Positions 1-13,869 of a stretch of 64,000 nucleotides of DNA are shown here, one piece after another. The notes under the pieces were generated by a model. The model was not told where the DNA came from, ran no database searches, and worked only from the letters and a program-made list of their open reading frames with translations. The first letter of the stretch is position 1; each line of letters opens with the position of its first letter. A program made the position numbers and the translations under genes. The stretch comes from Schmidtea nova (lineage: Eukaryota): positions 317,254,001-317,318,000 of the forward strand of contig CM097882.1 in the NCBI GenBank assembly GCA_044892505.1, written 5' to 3'.

Positions 1-428
1 GAGATACCTATTTTTTTACTGACACATTTCCTAAAATGATCACTAATATTAGTCAATCCTTTTGGTCGGCAATGCTCAAGAACTCGGGTGCAGAGATGAC
101 GGGCAGTCTCTCCAATGTATGTGGCATTACACCCATTACATGAAAATTGATTTTTGTCACTTTCCGAAATTAACACAGTACTTTCATCAGGATCAATAGG
201 TACCTCAGATTCAGACATACGCATACCAACATTATCAGATTTCAACATTAACTTATCCACGGTCACTTCTGTCATTTTCTCAAGAAAAGATTTAGAGTAA
301 CCGTTTTTAAGTAGCAACTCAACCAATACATTAATACTTTTTACTGAATTCACAAACGTAGAAGATAGTGATCAAGCACGAAACACTAAAGTGACAAAAA
401 TCGTTCTAATCGCACGGAGCCGAAATAT

Positions 429-881
429 GTGTTGGTATTGCCTTATTCTGAGGACTTCAGAGAATTTAAGCATAAGATTCTCAAACATGTAGACAAGGAT
501 CAATTTAGGATTGTTTCCACGTCTTGCAAAGTTAGCAGTATGTTCACTAGTAAATGTCCAACGCCAATTGGTTTGTGTTCTGAGCTCGTGTATCAATTTT
601 CATGTAATGGGTGTAATGCCACATACATTGGAGAGATTGCCCGTCATCTCTGCACCCGAGTTCTTGAGCATTGCCGACCAAAAGGATTGACTAATATTAG
701 TGATCATTTTAGGAAATGTGTCAGTAAAAAAATAGGTATCTCTGATTTTAAAATTATTTCAAAGGGTTTAAGTAATTATTGGGAACGAGTAACTTGTGAG
801 GCATTGTTGATTAGATATTTTAATCCAAAAATAAATGATCAAGTTGCCCGTTCCACTGATATTTTGAATGTGTTTAAGTAA
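429..881 (+). pseudogene. PLE GIY-YIG endonuclease domain (5'-truncated)
   Basis: VYQFSCNGCNATYIGE.ARHLCTRVLEH...EALLIRYFNPKINDQ matches the Penelope endonuclease pattern (CxxC, YIG, R..EH, E..I....P.IN). Confidence 0.85.
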
Positions 882-1211
882 CCGAAGGTTGAATGTTGCG
901 AATTATGTTTGTGGTATAATTATGTTTGTTTGTTTTTTTTTGTAAAAATTTTAATTTTTTTTTTAAATTTTAAAATTTGTAAATTTTATGTTGATTTTTA
1001 AAATTTTATTAAAATTAAATTTTATTTTTTAAAATAATACGCGTGTTGTTCTATGTAAAATGTTTGTTTTTAATTAAATTTTAAAAAATTTTTATGTAAT
1101 AAAATAAAATAAATTAAATTAAAATTTTGATATAGTATGGAGATGATTATTATTGATTATTTTGTTTAAATTTAGCATATTTTCTATTTTATTATTGATT
1201 GTCCTGATTGC

Positions 1212-1250
1212 TGCCTGACGAAGATTGTTATACAATCGAAATATATCGCG
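1212..1250 (+). ncRNA. Minimal type-I hammerhead ribozyme motif of a PLE pseudo-LTR
   Basis: gc-CTGACGA-a-gattgt(tat)acaatc-GAAA-tata-TC-gc: conserved core, 6-bp stem II, palindromic TATA mini helix III; stem I is weak. Confidence 0.6.
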
Positions 1251-2369
1251 TTTATGTTGAACTTACTGAGTTGGCGTTTTTCTAAAATTAAATCATTGCC
1301 ACGTTTTTTTGATTATTTATTTTTATTTGTAATGTATTTTATATATTTAATTATCAATTATTGAATTTTTATTAGCAGTAATTATCAATTTCAATTTTAT
1401 TGTTTTTTTAGTTAAAAAAACAACTCTAGAATTCATAAATTTGGCCTTGAAAAATTTAGGATGTAAATCCAACTGAGTTTTTTGCTATGGAAACATCATA
1501 TAATTATCTACTAATTTGTTTTCTAAGTATCATTATATATTAATAATTTATTAAAATTATGATTTAAAAAATAGTATTTCATTAAATTATCTTATTCAAA
1601 AAAAATAAAATTGAAAATAAGAATAACTTAGTGTAAAATCTTTATATATTAATATTAAATTAAAATTTATTATTAAAAAGAATAAATTGCTTAAGTATTC
1701 ATTAACTTAATTATATAAATAATTTCTCTGTTCGTGCATTGTTATGTTAGCAAAACAATATCAACTATTTTTATTACTTTTTGTGATAATGAACATGAAA
1801 ACAATGTTATGTTTTGAATACTTTTGAATTAATGTAAAACAGAAACTGATACAATACAAGCGAATAAAATTTAGGAAAATACAATTTAAAAACTTTCTCA
1901 AAGAAACATGAATTCCTCTGAGAAATAGGACTGTTGATTGCAATAATTATTGTAATTAAATACATTTTCATACAAAATGGAGCACAGATGTGGACATTTT
2001 TACTTAATGTTATAACTTAATGAGCAAAAATACGTCAAGTTCATCAACAATCTTGAGAACAGTCGATGAAACTTATTATATCACATGTATGAAAAGTAGC
2101 ATTTTTTAATGATTCTTTTAAGGAATGTATATAATATACCTTGAATGTTTGACGGAGTCGCTCTTCCATATAGGTCACTGAATATTTTATATATAAGGGC
2201 AACTGTTGACCCCAGCCAAGTCACCAGTAAAAAGTGTCGAGACAGTCCTGGGTGAATGCTGTGTATGTTAGTTTATGTTTATACAAAATGAATAACCAAC
2301 AATAAATAATGAATGACTTAAATTTACAACCTTTATTTAAAATTATGAGTATAACAGCCATAGTCACGA

Positions 2370-4380
2370 TCAAAGGTAATTTCTGTCTCTTTCCCTTTTG
2401 ACAATTTTCCTTCGTTTTGTTTAGTTTAATTTTCTGGTCTTTCTTTGAGGATTTTGTCTTTAATCTATATTCTCAATTTTGTTTCTAATTTTAATTATTG
2501 TGATGCAATGGGAAAGAAAGTTGAAAATTATTAGGAATATTTTAATGGGTTTACTTTTCGAACGTTCGAATTTCCAATTTGTCTCCAGCTTGGTCAATTT
2601 TCTGTTATTTTTAATTTTTTTATTCCTATAGTTTTATAATTTCCAAAGGAATTAATTTTTTTTGAATTTTTATTTTCTATTGCATACTCTTTAGTTAAAT
2701 AATATTAAACAGAAAATAAATAGGGGGAAACCATAAAACACCCACAACGATTAACAACATAAAATTAAAAATTAAACATACTATTATGATTGCATGTTCA
2801 GTTGAATGATCCGATTTCTCGTCAAACGTTACTGGTTCGATGAGTTTTACAAATTAAATTGTAAACGTTTACATATAAAAGAAACTGTTGAGCCCAACTG
2901 AGTCAACTGTTAAAGGTGAAGAGACATTCTGGGGTGAATGCTGTGTTTGATCCAGGCCAGTTGATCAAGGCTTGGGAGAAAAGATAAGCAAAACCAAATG
3001 AAGAAAATTTAATTAGCGGACTACTTCCGACGAAAAATCCAACCATAATATCATTAGAAAATTCATAGAAACTGTCATTGAAAACCATATAATTCCATTA
3101 AATAAATTGTCAATCATTAAATGCGAAGAAGCGCCTATCATTAGCATTGTCACATGAGTCGATCCAAACAATGTAAATTGTTGCAAATAATGCTTCTTCA
3201 CCAAGATGAGAGCGAACCACCTAATGCCACAACTGTATATATAGAACGATATAAACTGATGGTGAGAAAATAGCGATCGCATCAGATTTTCTTTTGTCAA
3301 TAACCTACGGAAATTTCCATTTAGATATACTTTGAAGCAATCTTCAGGTGGATTATCGTCAGAGACACGCGAAAACATTAACAGAATGGTCTTATTTAAG
3401 TCACAAAGATAATGAGGGCATTCATTTGAATTGAAATAGTTCCCATGGCATCTACGAATAAAACTTGCAGTGGATTTTTTCATATTCTCTTCAACGTTGA
3501 ACTCTAACGACATATTGTCACAAAGAACCTTAACACATCCTTGCAATCATTTTTTCCCATCTTTTTCAAATTCAAAAAAACCACAAGGTTTTTCCGAATT
3601 GGATTAATCAAAAAAATCTCCAGAAATCAATTAAAACCTCAAATAAAAATCGCAACCAAAACGCGCACACATACTTAAAAATCCTTAAAAAATAGAAACG
3701 CGCACACAGACGCTTATAAATCCTTAAAAAATAGAAACACGCACACAGGCGTGAGAACAAAAAACATAATAAGGCACACACAGACACTATAGGCAGCCAA
3801 AAAATGTGCGCACATAGACGCAGTAATTCATAAAAAAATATCAAAGCGCACTCAGACGCGAATAGTTTACCCATATATATGCGCACACAGACCCAACAAT
3901 CACGTAAAACAGAAATCACCATGCTGTGTATGTGAGTGTATATGTGAGACAATTTAAATAATTAAAATACAATCTTTATTTGAAGCAGAAAAAAATAACG
4001 CATAAAACAACAGTACTCATGAATTTAATTAAGGTAATTTCAGTTTTCTTTCTTTTCGAATCAAGTTAATTTCGCTGTGGCTTTATTGACTTTTTAATCC
4101 TTCTTTAGGCTTTTTTGTTTTCGATCAATTTTCCTAATTTTCTTTAGAATTTCTTTAATTTCTTTAGGAATGTTATTTGTTTTTTAATCACTTTCTTTTA
4201 TTTCCATAATCTATATTTTTCCATAGTTTTATTTATGTCGATTTTTTATGTAATTTTATTTTAAATCTTTTTTTTATTTTAATACTTCTTAATTAAATAT
4301 TATTAAACAAAGACTAAATATGGGGGAAAGAACATTATACAACCGCAATGACTAACAAAATAAAAGTAAAAATTGAACCT
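2370..4380. repeat. Diverged direct repeats of an unidentified element (2370-2780 vs 4030-4380; also 2201-2265 vs 2884-2946)
   Basis: Shared blocks such as aaggtaatttc...tattaaaca..aaata(t)ggggga..., and actgttga.ccc...gagaca.tc.(t)gggtgaatgctgtgt. Confidence 0.5.
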
Positions 4381-5109
4381 TTACATATTATAATATATTA
4401 AAATAAATTTTATTTTTAATATATTCTAATATTAAAATAAATCTCATTATATTTCTATTCCAATTATAAAATCAGAATAAAATTAAATATTTTTATTAAA
4501 GCAATAAATCTGTCAACAATAATTAGTTTAAATATTACGAATTTTTAAATTTTTCTGTCTTCAAATTATTGGATAAAATAATAAATATTGACGAGGAATA
4601 ATTTAAAGTTTGCAATAATTCTTTGTTATGGGTTTTATATAGTTTCAAATTTAATTTTGTGGATTTTTTTTTTTTAAAAAAATTAATTTAATGAGAATTT
4701 CTCGTTTAAACTGGATAAATAAAAGACATTGCGGCCAAAACATTACTAATTCCATAATAATTCTGTAATTGTAATTATTGAATTAGTCTTTTTAATTTAG
4801 CAAAGACTATAAAAATATTTAATAATTAAATTAATAAACATTATTTGTTTGAAATATTTTATGACTTCTTTTGGAAATAAAAATTGGTTTTTATTTATTT
4901 AAACAAAGTAAAATGAATTCAGTGGAAGTCAATTGGAACATTTATGATTTTTATGGGATTAATTTAGTATTATTATCGTTCTATAAAAATATCAGTGAAT
5001 AAATGATATGATCAATAATATTAATATTAATTTTAATTAGTTTAGTAAAATATTATTTATTTTATTTTCAATTTTAAAGAAAATAAATCAGAATTTTCAT
5101 TTTCCTTAC

Positions 5110-5172
5110 AGCACAATATTTCGGCACTGCCTTTTTAAATAAACATTGGAAACGGCAGTACCGAAAATTTAT
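5110..5172. repeat. Degenerate palindrome related to the PLE-derived hammerhead fold-back family
   Basis: aatatttcggcactgcc...ggcagtaccgaaaattt resembles aatatttcggcacagcc/ggctgtgccgaaatatt. Confidence 0.55.
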
Positions 5173-5937
5173 GTTATATAGAAAAATAAAAAATAAAAAC
5201 AATCTTTGATTTGTTGTCTTAAAAGGTGCAAAACAAAAGATCAAATCTGATGAAAATTGAAGATTTTAATGATATATACCAAGGTTGTAAATATAACAAT
5301 TTGTGTAGAAAATATTATCATTAGAAACCCGAGTGATCTCTTTTATTTATATGTTACCATATCTATAATCACTGTTAGCCAAGAATCGTGTATCTTGTCA
5401 ATTTTTCAAATAAGAGCAGAAAATTCTTGACTTTTCTGTTGCTGCTGTTTTAGTTTGTTTATAAATTTTTAATCGAGAATTGCTTTTAATTATCTGTTTT
5501 TTTTTTGAAAAATGTCTAGGAAAAAAGAATAAAATGAGCTAAATGAAAAATAATATTAAAACATTTTTAAAATTTTAAAATTTTATTTTTAACCATTTTC
5601 AGTGCTTTAAAATACAGAGCATTTTTTAAAAAATTACAACATTTGAAATATATTTTAATATAATCAATTAAAAAAAATACATTTTGTTAAACATTTAAAA
5701 ATAAAAATAAATTTATATCTATTGCTCAATCTGACCTCTTATTATTTGTAGCAAATAAATTCCGTTTTTTAAAATTTCCCAAAAGACTCAATTAAAATCA
5801 TCAAATGTAATGCATTAAACTCTTTCTTTTCATCGCCTTTGAAATTTTATGTACACTTTGTTTATTATTCATTCTTTTACACTATATATAAAAATATATT
5901 TGATAATGAATTTTAAAGTTCTTTTTAATGATTTATT

Positions 5938-6103
5938 TGTTATGAATCCAAATATAAGATGTTCAATAATTTATTTAAATCAAAACTTTGATTCTTTCCA
6001 AATTTGAATTTCTCCTTTTTCTTTTCTTCTGGTTATTTAAACAAAAATAATGCATAATATATTTCTACAATATCATTTAATTATATAATAATAAAATACT
6101 ACA
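5938..6103 (-). repeat. 3' LTR of Gypsy element
   Basis: Direct repeat of 9440-9605 with TG...CA ends on the minus strand. Confidence 0.85.
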
Positions 6104-6116
6104 TAGCCCCTTTGTC

Positions 6117-9100
6117 TTAAGCGGAGCAACCATCTTCTCCAATAGTTTCATATGATTTTTCGCTTCTTTCTTCTATTATAGCAGGTTTTACTCGTTGCAT
6201 ATTTACTGTAACTTCTTTTGAGTCTTTGCTTATCGTTACAGTGTTTCCTTGTATTGACACGACTTTGTACGGCCCACTGGATCTTGATTGAAAGTGATGC
6301 ACTTCCAGTGCTTCTGACCATACTAGTTTCGTCTATGTCCAATTTCGCGGAACGTTGTTTTTATCTGCTTTAGGATATCTTAGATTTGGATTGGTATTCA
6401 GTGTATTGTAATTTCGCCGAGCCTCTTCTAGTGCCTCCCACTCTATTTCGTCAGAAGCTGGGAATATATCTCCTGGTAGTATGATGCCGCTATCAAATAA
6501 CATTTGTGCCTGTGATATGTTGGTTGGTGCGTGTGAAGAGTTTCTCCAACCGAGTAGTACCATTGGTAAGGCTTTTGTCCATCTTCACTTCTGTGCCATG
6601 CATCTTAATGACATCTTCAAAGAACGATGAAATCTTTCTATCAATCCATTTGATTGCGGATGTCACGCAGATGTATGTATGTGTTTTACTCCAAAGATTT
6701 TAACTAAATTATTAAAAATATTACTCTCCAATTGGGTCCCTTGGTCGGCCAACGAGAATATCTATCCATCATAGTTACTAGATAAGTGAATCCTTCCGAT
6801 GGTGGTAGTGGTCTTACAATTTCCACATGCAGAACTTTAAATATATTTCATGTGGGAAAACTCTGTATTTGGGGTTTAAATCGTTTGTGAATTTTATTTG
6901 CTTGACACTCGACGCAACTGAGACACCACTGTTGAATATTTTTCTTCATTCCAGGCCAACATGCTCTGAGTTTCGTCAGCTTATAAGTTACATTTACCCC
7001 AGGATGATGATGTTGATGTACTGTTTGGAATACTTCCTTCCTTAGTTCTTTAGATAAAATTGGCCTAGCCGTCACAGATATTGACATATCATAAAATACT
7101 CCATCTTCTTCTATGACCTCTTTAAACCTTTCTACATTTGACTTCTCAAGAGGTTTTTCTCTGATTCGGCCTTTGTTGAGATCTCCTTGGAATTGAATGG
7201 CACTTATCGAATCTCTTGATAGACAATCTGCTACTACGTTATCTTTGCCAGTGGTATATTTAATATTCAGTTTAAATTCAGATAACAATGAAATTTGATG
7301 TTGTTGCCGAGGAGAAGGTTTCTTCATCTCTAACGCATGAACTAAAGGTTAATGGTCTGTAAATATTGTAAATGATTTTCCTTCTAGCATGTAGGAAAAG
7401 TGTTTTAGGGCTTCTACTTTTGCTAAAAGCTCTCGATCGAATGCTGAATATCGAACCTGGGTAAGTGATAATTTATTTAGCTCTAATTTCTAGGTCAGAC
7501 GCATCCGTTGTCAAAGATACTTCTGTTTTTGCTATCCAGGAAAGCTAGTGTTTAAATCTGTGCTAATTTTGATTTCACTTTTTCAAAAGCTGCTTTCGCT
7601 TCCTCAGAATAGATGATGGTTTCCAATTTCTTTCCAATTACCAGAGACGATAACGGTGACAATATTTCTGAAGCTGTTTCAATAAATTTATGATAAAAGT
7701 TTACCATTCCGAGAAATGTTTTTAATTGCGTTATTGTTTTTGGTATCTGAATATCTTGAATTGTTGCTAAACGTTTGAGAATGGGTGCCACGCCATTTTC
7801 CGATATCATGTGTCCGAGAAATGTAATTTCCCTTTTAAAGACTTGACACTTTTCTATGTTGATTTGCATATTGTTAACATGAAATTTCTCTAAAACGTTC
7901 ATTATATGACTTTCATGTTCTGAATAATTCTGAGAGCCTCTTATCACATCATCCACGTAAGCAACCGCGAAATCTGCGTAACATAATACTTTATCTGTGT
8001 ACCTTTGGAACGACTGAGATGCATTTTTTAACCCAAACGGCATTCAGAAAAACTCGAGCAATCTAAATGGTATTGCCACAGCTGTTTTTCCGATAACCTC
8101 TTCCGCTACCGGTAACTGGTGATATGCCTTCTTTAGGTCAATTTCTGAGAATACTTTGCACTCAATAAATCTATGTAATATGTCTGATATTAAAGGCATT
8201 GGATAAGCATCTGATTTTGTGAGTCTGTTTAATGCTCGGTAGTCTTCACATAGTCGAATAGATCCGTCTTTCTTTGTTAGAATGTGCAACGGCAAAAACC
8301 ACTCTGAGTCCGATCGTCTGACTACTCCATCTCTTTCTAACTGTCGTAATTCTTCTTCTGCCGCTTTCCTTCTTTCAGAATTCAGCTCTCTGACTCTCAG
8401 AATTCAACTCTCGTTGAAGTGAAATCATAAAAAAAGACATTGTACGTTGTCCATACACTGGTATAACTGGCCCATTTGCCGCGACTAAACTTTGAATCGT
8501 TGTCCCACCATTGTTATCTGGTGGAATAATTGACAAACATGAACCTGAATCAATTAAAAAATCAAAATCATTATTTTTACCCACTACATTAGATTTTATT
8601 TTGAAAATACTCATGATCGATGAACCTCCTGAAGTTAGTTTTCCCTCAGGAGGTTTTGTCCGTTTCCCTGCTTTGATAATTGTGACTTGTAGGAACATCC
8701 AGCTATACATTTGATGGCCTTTTCCCAAAATAGTGCATGGTGTTTGCATAATGATATAATTTCTTCATTATTCTTTTCTTTGTATTCACAACCAATAACG
8801 CATTTCAGTGCATTGTTTTTAAATTTCTGGTGAAAGTAGCATATCAGTGGTTCTGATTTCCGGCGATCCATATCTAAAGTTTTGGTTCGTTGAATTGTTG
8901 TAACGCACATTTCCTCCGACGATATCTCTTCTTTGCTTCCAATGCTGTATATTTCTCGGACATTCATTTCCATTAGCCTGTCTGCGATCTTGGCTAGCTC
9001 ATTCACGTCTTGTTGTGGATTTAATGTCAGCATTAGTTGAATTTGCTTTGGAAATATTCTTAAAAATAGTTGCTTGATTAAAAGATCATTGTTGGAAGAA

Positions 9101-9436
9101 CCTTCTTGAATTTTATTTAAATCGCTTGAGTTTTTCTATGTACTCGGATGGCTGTAACGTGCCTAGACTTGGCGTTTTGAAATAGAATTCTATCAAATTG
9201 CTCTGTTGAGGTAGGTATTGTTTCTCTATTGCTAACCTTAAGTTTCCATGTGGCTCTTTATCCACGAGTATGGATTCTAGTTTCTCTTCTAACTCGTATA
9301 AGAGGCTGTTAGGTAAAGCTACAATCAACAATAACGCTTTGTTCATTGAATAAGATTTCCATTTGCTGCCTCAAATATTGCAAACCACATTTTTGGAGAT
9401 CCATCTTTTCCCAATTTTTAAGGTTTTCTTCTGACA
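6117..9436 (-). pseudogene. gag-pol pseudogene (multiple frameshifts and stops)
   Basis: ORF fragments 9113-9346 and 8635-9033 (gag), 8375-8749 (protease), 8044-8295 and 7552-8043 (RT), 6848-7327 (RH/IN zinc finger), 6117-6563 (IN C-terminus, GPY motif). Confidence 0.85.
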
Positions 9437-9439
9437 TTT

Positions 9440-9605
9440 CGTTATGAATTCGAATATAATATGTTTAATAATTTATTTAAATCACAACTTTGATTCTTTC
9501 CAAATTTGAATTTCTTCTTTTTCTTTTGGTCTGGTTATTTAAACAAAAATAATTTATAATATATTTCTGCAATATCATTTAATTATATAATAATAAAACA
9601 CTACA
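9440..9605 (-). repeat. 5' LTR of Gypsy element
   Basis: Direct repeat of 5938-6103 with scattered substitutions. Confidence 0.85.
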
Positions 9606-9812
9606 AATTGTATTAAAGGTTTTTGTAAAACATATGACTATAAAAGGAAATAACAACTTATTAATAAAGTCTAAATTCAAAATATAATTTATAAATAATA
9701 GTTATATCAATAAAATAAATATAAACTCAACTCGACATTCAGAAATATTTCATTATAAATATAATTCAAAGTTGTCGATGTTTATAAAACAACTAAACAA
9801 AGAAATAAATAA

Positions 9813-9816
<4 letters not shown>

Positions 9817-9870
<54 letters not shown>
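9817..9870. repeat. (TA)n microsatellite
   Basis: Pure dinucleotide run. Confidence 0.95.
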
Positions 9871-9874
<4 letters not shown>

Positions 9875-10331
9875 GTTGATTTATAATGTAGAAGAATATT
9901 ATAAAAATTAATATAGTTTTAAAATTATAATTTTAAAAATATGGTCTCATTTAATATCATTATGTTAATGTCATTCTTAATATGTTTGCACTATGATTCT
10001 TTTTTGTTATCATAATATACTGCCTTACCGTCGTCTTGGCGAACTGTTTATTTTTGTGAGCGTATATGGGATAGATTACATGAATGANNNNNNNNNNNNN
10101 NNNNNNNNNNNNNNNNNNNNNNNNNNNNNNNNNNNNNNNNNNNNNNNNNNNNNNNNNNNNNNNNNNNNNNNNNNNNNNNNNNNNNNNNNNNNNNNNNNNN
10201 NNNNNNNNNNNNNNNNNNNNNNNNNNNNNNNNNNNNNNNNNNNNNNNNNNNNNNNNNNNNNNNNNNNNNNNNNNNNNNNNNNNNNNNNNNNNNNNNNNNN
10301 TTTAAGAATAAAACATTAATATTTAAAAAAC

Positions 10332-10422
10332 CTCTTGTTCTTCAAGAATCAAAACATCTTTTTGAACTTCATAATTGAATATTTCTTTTGGAAATCTTTC
10401 AAACTTTTGCTGATCAAACAAA
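10332..10422 (-). CDS. GARNL3: GARNL3-like RapGAP protein, coding exon 4
   Basis: tttgcag|T-LFDQQKFERFPKEIFNYEVQKDVLILEEQE|gt. Resembles vertebrate GARNL3 (..KFEKGPREIF..EIQKDLLVLEEQE, recalled from memory). Phase 2 matches exon 3. Confidence 0.85.
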
Positions 10423-13204
10423 CTGCAAATAATAAAAATATTAATTAAATTTTAATCCTGTTAAAACTTTATTTAATCATGTTATTTACTAGTTTCAAAG
10501 ATATATAAATGTTATGCATCCATAATAAAACTAAATTGATAATAAATTTTTATTTAAAAATAATTTAAAATTGCTGGGTTTTTAATTCAATATTATTAAA
10601 ACAAAAGTTTCATATTTTTGAGACATTTTTAAATTCAGTCAATAATTTTAAAATCAGACAAATATAAAATTGCAACTCAATTCAATTATGTCATAATTCT
10701 GCAAATATCATTTGGAAAATTATTCCTAAATTTTAAAATAAATCTGCAAACATTTGCTTATTTTATTTTTTGTTCGTCAATTTCTTTATAATTTTTATAA
10801 ATATTCTTCTTGAAACTTTATAATTTTAAAATTATCCTCACATTATTGAAATGACAAATTTATACCACAAATGATATAATATCAACAGGTGACATTTTTA
10901 ATGTAGATCGTAAATATTTATTTGGGATTTCAATTTCATACCCAATAAAGGATAAACTTGATAAATTTTCTTTTCTAAACCTTTGAAATATAATGTAAAT
11001 AAGTTACAAATTATAGGGTAACCAGAGTTCTCTAAAAGCAATATTTGACTTTGTTTGTGAGTGCTGACTTCTACCGTTTATTTTGCTCAATACACCATAA
11101 AACTATCTGCCTGTCTTAGGCTTTACTAACTCATTGTTGTTTAATTCCGATGATTGCTTCTGAATTGATAAGTAAAATAATATTATTTTAGTTGACTAAC
11201 GCTCAAAAGATAATTAATTAATGAAATATATCGTTCAAAGATATCAGGATGAACAAAACAAGCTGAAACCCTATGCAGGACGACCAACCTGCAGTAATAA
11301 CAAGAACAAATAATGATTATGTTCGTGTTACTAAGAATTTTGTTATTGTGTCAAAAATTTGAAAATATGAAAAAATAAACTTTTTACAAATAAATAAAAC
11401 CCGTGTTTTGTAAATTCTGTTGTCGTCAATACAATAAATATTTAATCAGTGAACAAATTTTATTACAATTTCAAAAAAAGTCTTTTTTACCAATAATTTG
11501 CACCTGCTGCTTATAATAATTTATTTTAATAATAGTAACAAATACCACTTTGAAATATTAGAATCGTTCAAAAGTTGTAAATTTAATCTTAAATTTTCAC
11601 AAAAAAATCTTACTTATAATATTTCATTTTCACTTTTATATTTTAAAATTATTTAAATTTTAATATTTCATAAGTTGAAATAAACAGTTCTTTAATAAAG
11701 ATGAAAATACTATGAGGCCATGTAACAATTGAACACTTAAAGAAATACGACAAAAACTCTAAATCAAATTAGAATAATTAATCTTTCATTTCTTCATGGA
11801 AATGAATATCAAAATATCTTATAATTTAGACACAGAAAAATAAATTTCAGAGATTAAAATCAGATTATTAATTAAGTATTTACATTTTATTAGTTTTAAT
11901 TCATAATGTAAATAAATATTTTACAATATTGTCAATTAAAATAGACTGATTTCGTAATTATAATTGCGATTAAAATCTCCAAATTAAATATTTTTAATCA
12001 AGTTTTCGATGGGATATTTTTGGTATACGGGTTTTGAGCATATCTGTGTTTCATCAGTACCGTATAAGAAACTTGACTCTACCCAGAATCGAACCTTGTG
12101 ACTTTACGAAAAGACCCTTAATTCATGATTAATTGTCTACCAAAACATATAAAGATCAAATATTTTAAACATCTCTCATTACATGTGAACAAATATATTT
12201 GATATCTTTGGGAAACTCATATCATCCTTGCATCACTATAAATGTAAATGCAATTACTGCCGTCGAATCTAATTTAAATTCTAAAATTAAGTTAAATTAT
12301 TTATAAATATGAAATGCGTATGTCATTAGAAATTTCATTGAATTTTATATTAAAAACTTGATTTTTGTCAGTCAGTCAGATCTTATCCGGTCTATGATAA
12401 GATTTGACTTAAGAAAAATTTTACATTATTAGCAAATGTTGTATAAAAAGCTGATGATGCTTATTATTGAAGGGCCTTAAATGAAATTGTTATTGAAATA
12501 GGTAAGCTCAGCAAGTGTCGAAATTTGTATTTTTGATACATCGAAATAGTTAAATTTGAAGATTTCATTTTTGAAGACGACAGATCAAATTATTCTGACT
12601 GAAACACAAATTTCATTGTAACAACTTAAAACATGCAGTGCTAAAAATTAGAGTTCCAATGAAAAGATTTGATCTATTGCCCATTAAATTATTTACATCA
12701 ATGTCTTTTATTTTTATCTTTTCTTATCAATTTCAGAAATTTATATTTTTTCTATTAAAAACAACAGATGTAATTCATGTACTAATAAAAAAAATTATTA
12801 AAACATTATTAAAATTATTAAATGATTTTGGTTATAATTTAACTAATATGTTTTATTAAACTTTTAAAATTTAATGACAAAATTAATAAGTTTAAAATAG
12901 TAACAGTTTTAATAGTGATTAATGAAAATATTAAAACTGAAATATAACCAGAATTTTTATTTAATTACTATAATTTCATAAATAAACTTTTATTATTGAA
13001 CCGAAAATTAATTCCACAAAAAATAATATTTCAATTGGTTTAATAAACCTATCAATCAAACAATTTATATCTCGAAACACATTATTTTATTAATATTGCT
13101 ATCAATTATTCGGACTAATTGTCAATATTTCAGTTAGGTTTATTGAATTTTGTTTCAATCAATCAATATTATATATAATACGATAAACTATATATTTTTC
13201 AATG

Positions 13205-13206
<2 letters not shown>

Positions 13207-13248
<42 letters not shown>
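13207..13248. repeat. (TA)n microsatellite
   Basis: Pure dinucleotide run. Confidence 0.95.
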
Positions 13249-13251
<3 letters not shown>

Positions 13252-13430
13252 AAATTAATTCTATTCTATTTTCTAATAGAAATTTTCTAACACTTATAAA
13301 TTATTGTCACACATATATAATCTAGAGAAAACGAAAATATTTTATACATTATGTTTGTAATTTTTGTAAAATTTAACTTTAATAAAGACTAAATGAGAAA
13401 TATTAGTCAATGAGATAAAAATATAATTAC

Positions 13431-13495
13431 CTTAATATTTTTTTAATGTTCATTGGACTATTGTTGTTATAAGGAATACAAAGCTTTTGGCTACC
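13431..13495 (-). CDS. GARNL3: GARNL3-like protein, coding exon 3
   Basis: ttttaag|GSQKLCIPYNNNSPMNIKKIL-AG|gtaatt, cf. GTQKICLPYS....SVKSILS. Preceded by a 51-bp intron (13496-13546). Confidence 0.85.
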
Positions 13496-13546
13496 CTTAA
13501 AAGTTTTGTAAAATTTGAAATACTTTAAAAATCTAGTAAAAATTAC

Positions 13547-13665
13547 CATTTTCCGCCAGAAAACTGCACGATATTGATTTAAATTGTTATTATTGACATC
13601 TGTTATAACAGTTGAAATAACCACAGGGTCACGCTCAGTTATCAGACCCATATACAATTGATGCA
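13547..13665 (-). CDS. GARNL3: GARNL3-like protein, coding exon 2
   Basis: ttttcag|TG-HQLYMGLITERDPVVISTVITDVNNNNLNQYRAVFWRKM|gtaatt, cf. HQNYIG...QYRAILWRK. Phase 1 matches exon 1. Confidence 0.88.
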
Positions 13666-13869
13666 CTGAAAAGTAATGACATAAATACTTATATTTGCNN
13701 NNNNNNNNNNNNNNNNNNNNNNNNNNNNNNNNNNNNNNNNNNNNNNNNNNNNNNNNNNNNNNNNNNNNNNNNNNNNNNNNNNNNNNNNNNNNNNNNNNNN
13801 NNNNNNNNNNNNNNNNNNNNNNNNNNNNNNNNNNNNNNNNNNNNNNNNNNNNNNNNNNNNNNNNNNNNT

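Larger units (their letters stand above)
1..1300. mobile_element. Penelope-like element (PLE) remnant, inverted/fold-back arrangement
   Basis: 1-~150 is the reverse complement of ~592-741. The minus strand of 1-400 reads as a PLE RT-thumb/linker (FVTLVFRA*SLSST..LLKNGYSKSFL). The plus strand carries a GIY-YIG ORF, then an AT-rich 3' region with a hammerhead motif. Confidence 0.85.
5938..9605 (-). mobile_element. Degenerate full-length Ty3/Gypsy LTR retrotransposon (CsRn1-like)
   Basis: 166-bp LTRs at 5938-6103 and 9440-9605, both starting TGTAGT on the minus strand. Purine tract AAAGGGG precedes the 3' LTR. Imperfect 4-bp TSD tatt/aatt. Fragmented gag (CHCC knuckles CYFHQKF..C..C), protease (FLIDSGS), RT (DYRALN, DLKKAYHQ, MPFGLKNA, YVDD), RNase H and integrase (HH..CC). 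Confidence 0.9.

Noticed and set aside
1-10300. Further GARNL3 exons (RapGAP core, e.g. FKFGV, KRHIGND)
   Set aside because: Not found by eye; probably in a gap or beyond the window start.
12070-12115. Possible tRNA/SINE (minus-strand GGTTCGATTC B-box)
   Set aside because: No cloverleaf or A-box could be built; at most a SINE relic.
13427-13666. 79-aa single-exon ORF
   Set aside because: It is GARNL3-like exons 2 and 3 read through an in-frame 51-bp intron.
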